Assembly (NCBI GenBank): GCA_041660065.1
Contig: JBAZXC010000001.1
Span: 392,535 to 456,534, forward strand
Length of the DNA: 64,000 bases
Direction: 5' to 3'
Source of the DNA: Parcubacteria group bacterium
Lineage (GTDB): Bacteria > Patescibacteriota > Minisyncoccia > Moranbacterales > GCA-2747515
Part shown: positions 1 to 8,049 of the stretch, in pieces
Numbering within the stretch: the stretch's first letter is position 1
Layout of the letters: each line of letters opens with the position of its first letter
Translations under genes and position numbers: made by a program
Notes under the pieces: model-generated
Databases searched by the model: none
The model's input: the letters and a program-made list of their open reading frames with translations, nothing else
Told to the model about the DNA's origin: nothing

Positions 1-127
1 TGCCCGTAAAATCGGTTTCGGTAAAATTGCATCCATTGAATACGCAATTGGAAATCTCAAAAGACTCCCGTTTTTCCCCGGACCAATCTTCTTTTTGGAT
101 CGTTTGATCTTCAATGATGTTTTGCAT
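1..127 (-). CDS. Pentapeptide-repeat protein, N-terminal part (runs off the window edge)
   Basis: Manual translation from ATG 127: MQNIIEDQTIQKEDWSGEKRESFEISNCVFNGCNFTETDFTG, with 5-residue F..C.F periodicity; absent from the ORF track. Confidence 0.7.
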   Translation of the reverse strand, partial: MQNIIEDQTIQKEDWSGEKRESFEISNCVFNGCNFTETDFTG

Positions 128-226
128 ATACGTAATTCGATTATATCATGACGCAAGATCTAACTTCAATAATACAAATAAAAGAGGTAGATTTCTCTAC
201 CTCCAGTAAGAATAATTCCTCCCTTT

Positions 227-511
227 TTACAGAAAACCGCTAGATCTGGCAATCCCAACCAAACCAACAAGAATCCAAAAAGTATTCAGTAAGGCGTAAG
301 CCTTATCCCGCTTCAGAATCGAACACCATGATAATAAAGCCGCATCAGTCGTGTTAAATATCCACACAAACATAAAAGGGCTTTGCGGTCCAAGCCAACT
401 CACTAGTGAAAAACTGAATATGCGCATTGAAACTCCGACCATTTCCAGAGTTTTAATGTTGTTAAGTACAAATGCATTTAATACTTCTACAACATGCCTA
501 AGTCTGCTCAT
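227..511 (-). CDS. Small membrane protein, unknown function
   Basis: 94-aa hydrophobic ORF, AAGGAGG before the ATG, hairpin downstream at about 181-203. Confidence 0.7.
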   Translation of the reverse strand: MSRLRHVVEVLNAFVLNNIKTLEMVGVSMRIFSFSLVSWLGPQSPFMFVWIFNTTDAALLSWCSILKRDKAYALLNTFWILVGLVGIARSSGFL

Positions 512-706
512 TGTGCCTCCTTTTGTCTGATTTCTATTAAGGTACTTCTTACTATTAGACTAATGTATAAATGCTAACGTGACAAGTTTTGAGTGATAAA
601 AACTCACAACAATAACTCAAAGATCTTACATTGTCAGTAACTTCCACTTAGTGCACAAAAAAGATAATTGCACAAGATATCGCGCAAATATTTATTTCAA
701 TTCATG

Positions 707-725
707 CCAAATCAAACTAAAAAAT
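707..725. repeat. 19-bp direct repeat, copy 1 (CCAAATCAAACTAAAAAAT)
   Basis: Identical to 1609-1627. Confidence 0.85.
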
Positions 726-837
726 AATTATTTATTTGTTCATAATCTATATTTTTTCCAACAATAGTCTTGGCACCGCAAAATTTACAGAACCCACTTT
801 CTTCTAAAATTTGTTTTCCGCAATTTTCACAGAATAT
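712..837 (-). pseudogene. Zinc-ribbon gene remnant
   Basis: Manual translation IFCENCGKQILEESGFCKFCGAKTIV...; ATA stands where ATG is expected and the frame ends inside the direct repeat. Confidence 0.6.
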
Positions 838-841
838 ATTT

Positions 842-1417
842 TTATGCTAATTGATTACCACAAAATTTACAGAAGTTTCCTTCAAAATTAATTTTTTTTC
901 CACAATTATGACAGAACCTTTTACCCTCAAGAAAATTTTCATCTGTATTTACTGGTTGAATATTATCCTGTTTGTCGGATTTGTTTCTTTTTTTCCTTTC
1001 ATTCTCTATCTTAATTGCTCCATACAGAGGGGCAACAAGTATGAGCCACCAAACTAAAACCATAAAAACTCCTTTTCCATTAAGCGCGATGAGTTGGTAT
1101 CCTTTTTCGATTGTCCATAAAATTATTCCAAGATACATCGCCCATCTGTGCCCCTTATATATAAAAAAGAGAACAGGTATATAAATTATCAAACTATAAA
1201 GAACATCAGCTAGGGGCATAATATCAAAATATCCAAGGATCAGAGATGCTATTATAATTCCCCCAAGAATTAAAGTGGCCTGTCCTCTTTTTGACCTTGT
1301 CATACCTAATTCGTCATACTTTTCTACTTGCATTTTGAATTCTCTCTCTGCTTTTTCACTCGCTTGTTTTTTTTCTTCATCTTTTTCTTCTTGCAACTGT
1401 AATTTAAATGATTTCAT
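842..1417 (-). CDS. Membrane protein with C-terminal zinc ribbon
   Basis: About 4 hydrophobic segments then FCHNCG...FCKFCG; ATG 1417 preferred over the ORF-track start at 1453. Confidence 0.8.
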   Translation of the reverse strand: MKSFKLQLQEEKDEEKKQASEKAEREFKMQVEKYDELGMTRSKRGQATLILGGIIIASLILGYFDIMPLADVLYSLIIYIPVLFFIYKGHRWAMYLGIILWTIEKGYQLIALNGKGVFMVLVWWLILVAPLYGAIKIENERKKRNKSDKQDNIQPVNTDENFLEGKRFCHNCGKKINFEGNFCKFCGNQLA

Positions 1418-1608
1418 AAATAGAGAGTTTATTACAAATAAAAAACAGCCCAAAAAAGACTGTCGGCATCAAAAATGTGGTTTTGTGTTTTTCGCAAAAA
1501 CATTGAATTGCAACTTTTTAATATTAATCTATTTTAAAAATAGCACTTAGTTGGGAAAATGCAAGTTTTTTTATTCAAAGAATGAAAATTAGTTCGACTC
1601 AAACCAGA

Positions 1609-1627
1609 CCAAATCAAACTAAAAAAT
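1609..1627. repeat. 19-bp direct repeat, copy 2
   Basis: Identical to 707-725. Confidence 0.85.
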
Positions 1628-1812
1628 TCCATATGACTATAGCATCCTTTTCACACCATCCCGGTCTAGTACCTCCTTTTAGACAATTTTAAGAGGTTTT
1701 TTGACCTTTTTGGATGAGTATCGATCTTTGTCAAATGAGACAAATGAGACACTGCAATAGTATGAAGTCTCATTCACAAAAATTTGACTTATCAGATTAA
1801 TTGTTACAATAG

Positions 1813-2673
1813 TCACGAAATTCTTTCGTCTAAACGCGAAAATAGATTACTAACCATGATCAGCCTACCAAGTGCCTCATGATGCGGCATTTGCTCCTCA
1901 TCTCCATGACTTAGATTATTACGCCACCAAGTCATCAAACCCATTGTCGTAAGCCTAAAACCCATTTGTTCATTAATTTCCTGAGCTGTTTCAAGATTAT
2001 TAAGCTTAATTTTTGGATCATTCTCATTAAACACATTAGCCATCAGTTTTTGTCCATCCATTTTTTTTAACAAAGATAAGTCCTGCACTGTTTTTTCAAA
2101 TTTCTCTAAAGATTTTCTAACAGCTTCATTTAAATGACCATCCACAAACATTTTCTTGCAATCAGGCAAAAGTGTTGGATGCAGAGGAAACGTATCAAGA
2201 ATTTTTTGTACTGCTATTGGTGGTGGAACGATTTTTGGTCTTTGAGTTGGAAGTTTTAATTCTTTAATTTCTTTTTTTAAATCAACTCCTAGTAGAAACA
2301 ATTGACTTGCAAGCTCAGAGGCTTCTTGTTCCAAAATTGGATTTCCTTCCGAATGTCTCTTTTCAATAGCCCTTGGAAGAATTTCGCGAACAATTAACTT
2401 TAAGGTTCGAGGTTTCTCTTTAATAAGATTCCTTATAAAAACAGAAAATGCTTCCTTCTTATTTACTTTTTTTGGAATATATTCCACAAGCCCTCGTGTT
2501 TTTGCAATCGTCATAAGGGAAAATGAGCTTCTATACCCATCTAACGGAATAAGTCTTCCTAACTGTTCAGCGAGGATGCGTATGTTTTGAATATTCGCAG
2601 CGGATAGCATTTTGAATTTTCGCACTTTATTTTTTTTCGAAACAGTCTTGTGATTGCTTTTTCCTAATTTCAT
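1813..2673 (-). CDS. TIGR02391 (Ymh) family protein with HEPN-like C-terminal domain
   Basis: LHP..C..MF.DGH..EAV...FEK.V...DGQ.LM..VF and an Rx4H motif (RNNLSH). Confidence 0.8.
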   Translation of the reverse strand: MKLGKSNHKTVSKKNKVRKFKMLSAANIQNIRILAEQLGRLIPLDGYRSSFSLMTIAKTRGLVEYIPKKVNKKEAFSVFIRNLIKEKPRTLKLIVREILPRAIEKRHSEGNPILEQEASELASQLFLLGVDLKKEIKELKLPTQRPKIVPPPIAVQKILDTFPLHPTLLPDCKKMFVDGHLNEAVRKSLEKFEKTVQDLSLLKKMDGQKLMANVFNENDPKIKLNNLETAQEINEQMGFRLTTMGLMTWWRNNLSHGDEEQMPHHEALGRLIMVSNLFSRLDERIS

Positions 2674-2701
2674 AATTTCTTAAACTATTATATGGTTACA
2701 T

Positions 2702-2738
2702 AAAATCCCGAGACACCTTAGTGACTCGGGATTTTTTT
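2702..2738. terminator. Bidirectional intrinsic terminator-like hairpin
   Basis: AAAATCCCGAG...CTCGGGATTTT immediately after the AIPR stop. Confidence 0.7.
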
Positions 2739-2739
2739 G

Positions 2740-3969
2740 CTATTTTTTCGCCAACTTCTCCTGCAAGGAATGAATGATCACGGTATTTGCAATATTCTGC
2801 CAAAGCACCTTGCTCTTTCCAGTTTTATTAGGGTTACTATTATATTCCCTAGTATGAGCTTCCAAAACTTGTGAGACTATCTTAGATCCGTGCTTATCAA
2901 GAAATTCCTTCGGATCAATCACCCATACATAACATCCATTCTTCTCTTCCAATAGAAATCGAAGGGCTGCAAAAATCGGCATGGAAAAACCCTTTGATAG
3001 TTTATATCCAACAGTCTTGTTTGAGAATGGAAGCTTCACGGTAACAGGCTTCTTGTTATCTCCCCTTCCACGATATTTTTCAACACCGTTTATACCGCCA
3101 AATTTCTTTACACCAACCTCCTTTGCATAACTCTCAAATTTCGAATAGAGGTGCTCATATGTTTCAAGAATTGAGGGGAGTAGCTTATAAAGTTTTTCAT
3201 ACGTAGGTCTGTTTTTTTTATTCAACCATTTAGTAAAACAGGTAGATATTCCGGTATAAGCAACTGTTGGCTGGCTACTACTATCATACAGATCCTTATT
3301 CAAAGCAGTTAGTAGGGCGAGCAATTCCTCTATGGGAAACATCGCCTCATCGCTATCCAAGTTCTCATTCTCAAAATAAATTACCTTTTGACTATAACCA
3401 CCTAGCGCATCCTTGATAGGTAAAAATTCATTATCAAGATTAACTATAGACTTTTCAGTCACCTGAACACTGGTATTCCTTGCTCTTGCCAATTTGGTAG
3501 CAAACCCCTCAGCACCTTCAACAACAGTAATAAATATAGGAAGATCCTCTAATGATTCATCCTCCATTTTCTTCTTTAGAACCGCGTATGTATGTCCACC
3601 ATCAACTAATCCTCCTTTTGGATTTCCGTCTTCATCCACCCCAAAATCAACCAGGATTTTCTTTTCGTCCCCATCTACATTTGGATAGTAGACTTTTTCA
3701 GCAATCAAGACAAGCCCCCTATTGCAGTCTGTAAAATACTCTGGCTCTTGCTCTAACGTGTCAATCATCTGTCGACAAGGCTTTGCGTTAATATCGGGTT
3801 TTCTAGGATTCGGGGTGGTTGGAAAATTATTAGGTAAGTTTTTAAGCAAAATAAAAAGGAAATGAGTTTTAATAACATCGTTTCCCTCAGGATCGTAATA
3901 GTTTAATTTTCTTCCGATTGTTCTTGCTTGAGAGTAGTTAAACTCCAAGACTTGCTTTGTCTGTGACAT
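2740..3969 (-). CDS. AIPR family protein (abortive infection phage resistance)
   Basis: Motifs NPR, EPEYF..CNRGL, LVDGGHT and ARNTSVQV typical of AIPR/ParB-like domains. Confidence 0.85.
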   Translation of the reverse strand: MSQTKQVLEFNYSQARTIGRKLNYYDPEGNDVIKTHFLFILLKNLPNNFPTTPNPRKPDINAKPCRQMIDTLEQEPEYFTDCNRGLVLIAEKVYYPNVDGDEKKILVDFGVDEDGNPKGGLVDGGHTYAVLKKKMEDESLEDLPIFITVVEGAEGFATKLARARNTSVQVTEKSIVNLDNEFLPIKDALGGYSQKVIYFENENLDSDEAMFPIEELLALLTALNKDLYDSSSQPTVAYTGISTCFTKWLNKKNRPTYEKLYKLLPSILETYEHLYSKFESYAKEVGVKKFGGINGVEKYRGRGDNKKPVTVKLPFSNKTVGYKLSKGFSMPIFAALRFLLEEKNGCYVWVIDPKEFLDKHGSKIVSQVLEAHTREYNSNPNKTGKSKVLWQNIANTVIIHSLQEKLAKK

Positions 3970-4067
3970 AGTTTTGTCATTAAAATTAGTTAATTTTTCG
4001 CTTCGCTGAAAGCAATATTACTTCAGTTAGCTGAACTTGCGGTAAGATTACCTGCAAATCTAATACG

Positions 4068-4096
4068 AGTATAACAAAAATATTTCAACTTGTCAA
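4068..4096 (-). promoter_or_regulatory. Sigma70 promoter for AIPR
   Basis: TTGACA (4096-4091), 17 bp spacer, TATACT (4073-4068) with extended TG. Confidence 0.75.
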
Positions 4097-4114
4097 TATC
4101 TCTTTTCTTTCATC

Positions 4115-4211
4115 TGCACGGGATGTAGGAATCGAACCTACGCCAAAGGTTTTGGAGACCTCTATACTACACCTGTCACTCACGAGTGACGGGTCGGACA
4201 CTATACGAATC
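4115..4211 (-). repeat. Defective tRNA-Trp copy with a 28-nt hairpin in the D-loop
   Basis: 4115-4170 is identical to 4215-4270; insert at 4171-4198; first 4 nt of the tRNA missing. Confidence 0.9.
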
Positions 4212-4216
4212 ATTTG

Positions 4217-4287
4217 CACGGGATGTAGGAATCGAACCTACGCCAAAGGTTTTGGAGACCTCTATACTACCACTATACGAATCCCGC
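4217..4287 (-). tRNA. tRNA-Trp (CCA)
   Basis: Cloverleaf GCGGGAT/ATCCCGT, anticodon loop CTCCAAA, T-loop TTCGATT. Confidence 0.95.
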
Positions 4288-4295
4288 AATTTTTA

Positions 4296-4547
4296 TTATT
4301 TTAAACCCAATCTCTTCATTAAACTCATATATACCGAACCGCTTGTTTTTAATCCCTTCTCCCTATTACGTGCCAACTGTTCATTTTCAAATGCTTCATA
4401 ATAGATCAGTTCCGGTTTTTTGTTCTTTGTGGTGTTATTTTGTCCTGCACAATGTTGCGCGAGACGTTTACGCAAATCAGCTGTATATCCAATGTAAAAC
4501 TCCTTATCGCCACACTTTTGCAATTTTAGCACATACACATAGTACAT
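4296..4547 (-). CDS. Stand-alone small GIY-YIG nuclease
   Basis: YVYVL...FYIGYT.DL.KRL.QH...LIYYEAF...A.NREK.LK. Confidence 0.92.
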   Translation of the reverse strand: MYYVYVLKLQKCGDKEFYIGYTADLRKRLAQHCAGQNNTTKNKKPELIYYEAFENEQLARNREKGLKTSGSVYMSLMKRLGLK

Positions 4548-4569
4548 CACAATTTGAATTTATTTCACA

Positions 4570-4629
4570 GGAGACCTCTATTGCACCTGTCACTCACGAG
4601 TGACGGGTCGGACACTATACGAATCCCGC
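4570..4629 (-). repeat. 5' half of tRNA-Trp carrying the same 28-nt hairpin
   Basis: 4613-4629 and 4570-4581 match tRNA-Trp; insert 4585-4612 is identical to 4171-4198. Confidence 0.9.
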
Positions 4630-4785
4630 CTGCCTAAATCTTGTAAAAAAATTGTAGCCGTCACGCCATTCTCACCATTCATCTTTATACCAAAATGTCT
4701 TTACATACTTGCAGTACAAGATTTTGGCAGGCACGCCGTATCCACATTCTATTGTAACGATTATTTCATTTTTTGTCACATTCTG

Positions 4786-4858
4786 AGCCCACGAGCAGAA
4801 TTGAACTGCTGGCCTTTTCCTTACCATGGAAATGCTCTACCATCTGAGCTACGTGGGC
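4786..4858 (-). tRNA. tRNA-Thr (GGT)
   Basis: Cloverleaf GCCCACG/CGTGGGC, anticodon loop ATGGTAA. Confidence 0.93.
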
Positions 4859-4982
4859 ACAATCCTTTACAGATAAAGCCGACACTTTACAGTAATCGGC
4901 CGCATCCGCTATGTCTTCCTCTGTATTTCTTTCGTTTGGGTTTACACTGAGCAAGTCCCTACTTGTGGGACGAGTCGACGTG

Positions 4983-5065
4983 TGGGCCGGGAGGGATTTG
5001 AACCCCCGAAGACCGAAGTCGCCTGATTTACAGTCAGGTGCATTTGACCACTCTGCCACCGACCC
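4983..5065 (-). tRNA. tRNA-Tyr (GTA)
   Basis: Long variable arm, anticodon loop CTGTAAA. Confidence 0.95.
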
Positions 5066-5142
5066 AGTTCAATATCAAATATAAAAAATGAAGAATCAAA
5101 AATATTTTTGATATTTGATTTTTCATCTTTAATTTAATACTG

Positions 5143-5215
5143 AGCCACTTGTCAGACTCGAACTGACGACCTGCGGTTTACAAAACCGATGCTCTACCAA
5201 TTGAGCTAAAGTGGC
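5143..5215 (-). tRNA. tRNA-Thr (TGT)
   Basis: Cloverleaf GCCACTT/AAGTGGC, anticodon loop TTTGTAA. Confidence 0.95.
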
Positions 5216-5223
5216 ATACTTTT

Positions 5224-5343
5224 TTATAATGTCCTCGTTAAACGTTTTCTCAAATCTTTCTTTTCATCACTACTTTTGAGAAACTTTTCTCTATTCATTG
5301 TTTCTTCTTTGTGTAGATATGCCTCATAACAAATTAATACCAC
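5224..5343 (-). pseudogene. C-terminal half of a second GIY-YIG nuclease
   Basis: Manual translation VVLICYEAYLHKEETMNREKFLKSSDEKKDLRKRLTRTL*, aligning with LIYYEAF...NREKGLKTS of 4296-4547. Confidence 0.8.
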
Positions 5344-5344
5344 T

Positions 5345-5370
5345 AGATTCCCGTTTTCACGGGAATGACA
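5345..5370. repeat. GTCAT-tagged REP-like hairpin
   Basis: AGATTCCCGTTTTCACGGGAATGACA. Confidence 0.7.
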
Positions 5371-5447
5371 CTAAAAAATCAACATTAAACAAACCCTTTC
5401 CGTATCAGTATACACTGACAGAAAAAAATAATCAACACGTCTCAAGC

Positions 5448-5987
5448 CTATAGGACACGATCAAGGTTTTTCATTGCAACTTGTGCGCGCTTGTGTCGAG
5501 GATCCAGACGTAACACATATTTGTAACACTCTCGCGCATCTGCAAATTGTTCGTGTTCCATGTAGTAATCCCCCAATTTCTCGTATTTTTTACTGTCTTG
5601 TGGCGCCTCCTCGATCTCGGTCATCAGTGCCAGCTCTTCAGGATCTCTCGTTTCGCCGTTCTCGATCTTATCACTTACCATGCTCTTCTTCCGAAGGGTG
5701 ACGATCTTGTCACCGCTTCCATTGCTTGATCCTGCATATGCCGTTTTTGCATCTTGCGTGCTATGACGATCTTTCCATGAGAGACTGTTTTTGATCCGTT
5801 GCGATGCCCCTTCGCTTGCGCCACGCAAATACCTCTTCCCCGAGCTGAAGTGCTGTCGGATCCCTTTGTGCTCTTGCAAAACAAAATTGCCAGAATCACG
5901 ATCTTTCGATGATACTTTTGTAAGAAAAATGATCAAAATCGCTACAGCAAAAACGATAATTATGGGCGGGACAATCAAATAAATCAT
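5448..5987 (-). CDS. Membrane-anchored TPR protein
   Basis: N-terminal TM; C-terminal TPR pattern YEKLGDYY...ARECYKYVLRLDP. Confidence 0.8.
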   Translation of the reverse strand: MIYLIVPPIIIVFAVAILIIFLTKVSSKDRDSGNFVLQEHKGIRQHFSSGKRYLRGASEGASQRIKNSLSWKDRHSTQDAKTAYAGSSNGSGDKIVTLRKKSMVSDKIENGETRDPEELALMTEIEEAPQDSKKYEKLGDYYMEHEQFADARECYKYVLRLDPRHKRAQVAMKNLDRVL

Positions 5988-6031
5988 AACAGTTATTACA
6001 AAATGTATTTACACCTAATCCAATAATACAT

Positions 6032-6616
6032 TTAGAATGCAAAACGTGCAAATTCCCCAATCTCGATCTTTTCACCGATCTTTGCGATATGTTCAGTGAG
6101 GTACTCTTCCACTGTTTTATCCGGCTGTTTGACAAAGGATTGTGTCAAAAGTGCGAGTTCCCCGCGCAATTTTTGCTCTTTTCCCGCCATGATCTTTTCC
6201 ATGATATCCGCCGGCTTGCCCTCATTTTTCAGTTGTGCGGTCCAAATTTCCCGCTCTTTGGCGACGAAATCACTGTCCACATCTTCCGGTCGCAGGCATT
6301 GTGGAGCGCTTGCAGTAATATGCATCGCGATGTCGCTGGCAAATTTTTGGAAATCCGCATTACGCGCAACAAAATCCGTCTCACACAAGACTTTTACCAT
6401 CGCACCCATTTTTTGATTGGAGTGTACATACGTGCCAATGATACCCTCACGTGCATCACGCGTGGCTTTTTTTAGCGCCTTACTCTGTCCACTTTTACGC
6501 AAGATCTCAATTGTCTTCGCTTCATCTCCCTTTGCCTCATCAAGTGCTTTTTTTACATCAACAATTCCTGCGCCTGTTTGTTCACGGATTTTTTTTATTT
6601 GTTCTAATGTGCTCAT
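6032..6616 (-). CDS. tsf: Elongation factor Ts (short form)
   Basis: IREQTGAG...KKAL; CETDFVARN; follows rpsB. Confidence 0.97.
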   Translation of the reverse strand: MSTLEQIKKIREQTGAGIVDVKKALDEAKGDEAKTIEILRKSGQSKALKKATRDAREGIIGTYVHSNQKMGAMVKVLCETDFVARNADFQKFASDIAMHITASAPQCLRPEDVDSDFVAKEREIWTAQLKNEGKPADIMEKIMAGKEQKLRGELALLTQSFVKQPDKTVEEYLTEHIAKIGEKIEIGEFARFAF

Positions 6617-6674
6617 ATAGCTTTGAATTTTAGAATTTTGAATAGAAAATTTTATCCTCTCCCGTTATCTACAT

Positions 6675-7433
6675 TTATCGCAACGCTTTACAAAAATGCG
6701 CCAAAATCATCGTCAGTGAAGAGATGGCATCGTCATTTGCAGGGATTGGATATGCAATACCCTCTGGATTGACGTTTGTATCCGCCAAAGCGATCACGGG
6801 GATCTTCATATGCATTGCTTCGCGAATCGCAAGTTTGTCCAATTCGACATCCGTCACAAAAATCGCGCCCGGCAGGTCTTTCATGTCTGCAATACCTCCC
6901 ATACGACGATCCAGTTTTTGCGCTTCTTCTATTTTTTTCATTTGCTCAAATTTCGTGTATTTTTTTATCTCACCTTTTTCGATCTGTTCTTGCAAACGCA
7001 CCATGTATCTGGTACGGCGACGAATATTGCTGAAATTGGTGAATGTGCCCCCAAGCCATCTCTCTACAACAAACGGATTACCTGTATATTTTGCAATATC
7101 GGTCACGAGGTCATGCGCTTGTCTCTTTGTGCCTACAAAGAGAATTTGTTTACCACTCTTTTTTACTGAAGCAATAAATGCCAACGCCTCTTTCATTCGT
7201 TCAACCGTCTTTGCAAGATCAATGATGTTGATATTGTTTCGTGTCGTATAGATGTATTGATCCATGCGCGGATTGCGACGTGATTTTTGATGACCAAAAT
7301 GAACACCCGCTTTGAGGAGTGATGCCATCGTTAGGTCAAGACTATTGAGATCGATCGTCTCAAAAATGTTCTTTCGTGGAGTTTTTGATTCCACGACACC
7401 GTCTTCTGTCTTTATGGTCTTCTTTCGTGCCAT
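6675..7433 (-). CDS. rpsB: 30S ribosomal protein S2
   Basis: AGVHFGH, RWLGG.FTN, PANDD. Confidence 0.98.
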   Translation of the reverse strand: MARKKTIKTEDGVVESKTPRKNIFETIDLNSLDLTMASLLKAGVHFGHQKSRRNPRMDQYIYTTRNNINIIDLAKTVERMKEALAFIASVKKSGKQILFVGTKRQAHDLVTDIAKYTGNPFVVERWLGGTFTNFSNIRRRTRYMVRLQEQIEKGEIKKYTKFEQMKKIEEAQKLDRRMGGIADMKDLPGAIFVTDVELDKLAIREAMHMKIPVIALADTNVNPEGIAYPIPANDDAISSLTMILAHFCKALR

Positions 7434-7454
7434 ATGTTTTATCCTTAAAAATTA

Positions 7455-7537
7455 TACGCATATATCACCGATGCAACCCTTACCGGATCGGGACGAAAAA
7501 ATCCTGCCGGCAGGAATGGATTGCGTGAATATACGCT
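7455..7537 (-). promoter_or_regulatory. Structured rpsB leader (S2 autoregulation, t44-like)
   Basis: Minus-strand pairing GCGTATAT-TCAC-GCAATCC...GGGTTGC-GTGA-TATATGC; promoter TTGACA (7583-7578), 17 bp, TAATAT. Confidence 0.55.
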
Positions 7538-7650
7538 TGATAAATAATGCACCAATATTAGCGCATAATCAGACCCTTGTCAATTTTTGTTTCTTATGTT
7601 AGGCTGTGTGGAGTATATTAAGTACATATTAACCACTTGACGCACATCCT

Positions 7651-7941
7651 ATGAAAAAAGGCACTCATCCAAAATATTATACACAAGCGATCGCAACATG
7701 TTCTTGCGGCGCAGTTTTTGAAGTTGGAAGCACGCGAGAAAAAATTTCCATTGAAACATGCTCGCAATGCCATCCAATCTACACAGGCAAGCAAAAAATC
7801 GTTGATGCGACAGGACGCGTTGACCGATTCAAAAAACTTGCAGAAAAAACGCAAAAGGCGAAAGAATCACGCAAAGTGGCAAAAAAAGTAGCAGTAAAAA
7901 AAGTGGTAAAATCAAAGAAAAAGATCAAGACTGCTGCGTAG
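7651..7941 (+). CDS. rpmE: 50S ribosomal protein L31 (Cys-containing type)
   Basis: [28 protein letters not shown]. Confidence 0.97.
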   Translation: MKKGTHPKYYTQAIATCSCGAVFEVGSTREKISIETCSQCHPIYTGKQKIVDATGRVDRFKKLAEKTQKAKESRKVAKKVAVKKVVKSKKKIKTAA

Positions 7942-8049
7942 CGATACTTCCCAAAAAACACCGCCTTTTCTATGTCGGTGTTTTTATTTTGACGACGTGA
8001 CCATTGTGCCATATAGTACATAGTAGAAAGAGAAATTGAATTGAAAATT

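Noticed and set aside
4115-4629. CRISPR array or TIGR-type guide array
   Set aside because: The repeats are tRNA sequence with an identical insert, there are no unique spacers, and no cas or Nop-domain gene is in the window
4296-4629. Group I intron with homing endonuclease inside tRNA-Trp
   Set aside because: A whole tRNA, not the 3' half, follows the nuclease, and there is no room for a ribozyme core
4876-4905. Hairpin with a CTGTAAA loop resembling a tRNA-Tyr anticodon arm
   Set aside because: No acceptor or T arm; too short to call
4186-5059. ORF-track frames 4186-4401, 4600-4950 and 4766-5059
   Set aside because: They are translations of tRNA genes and their copies
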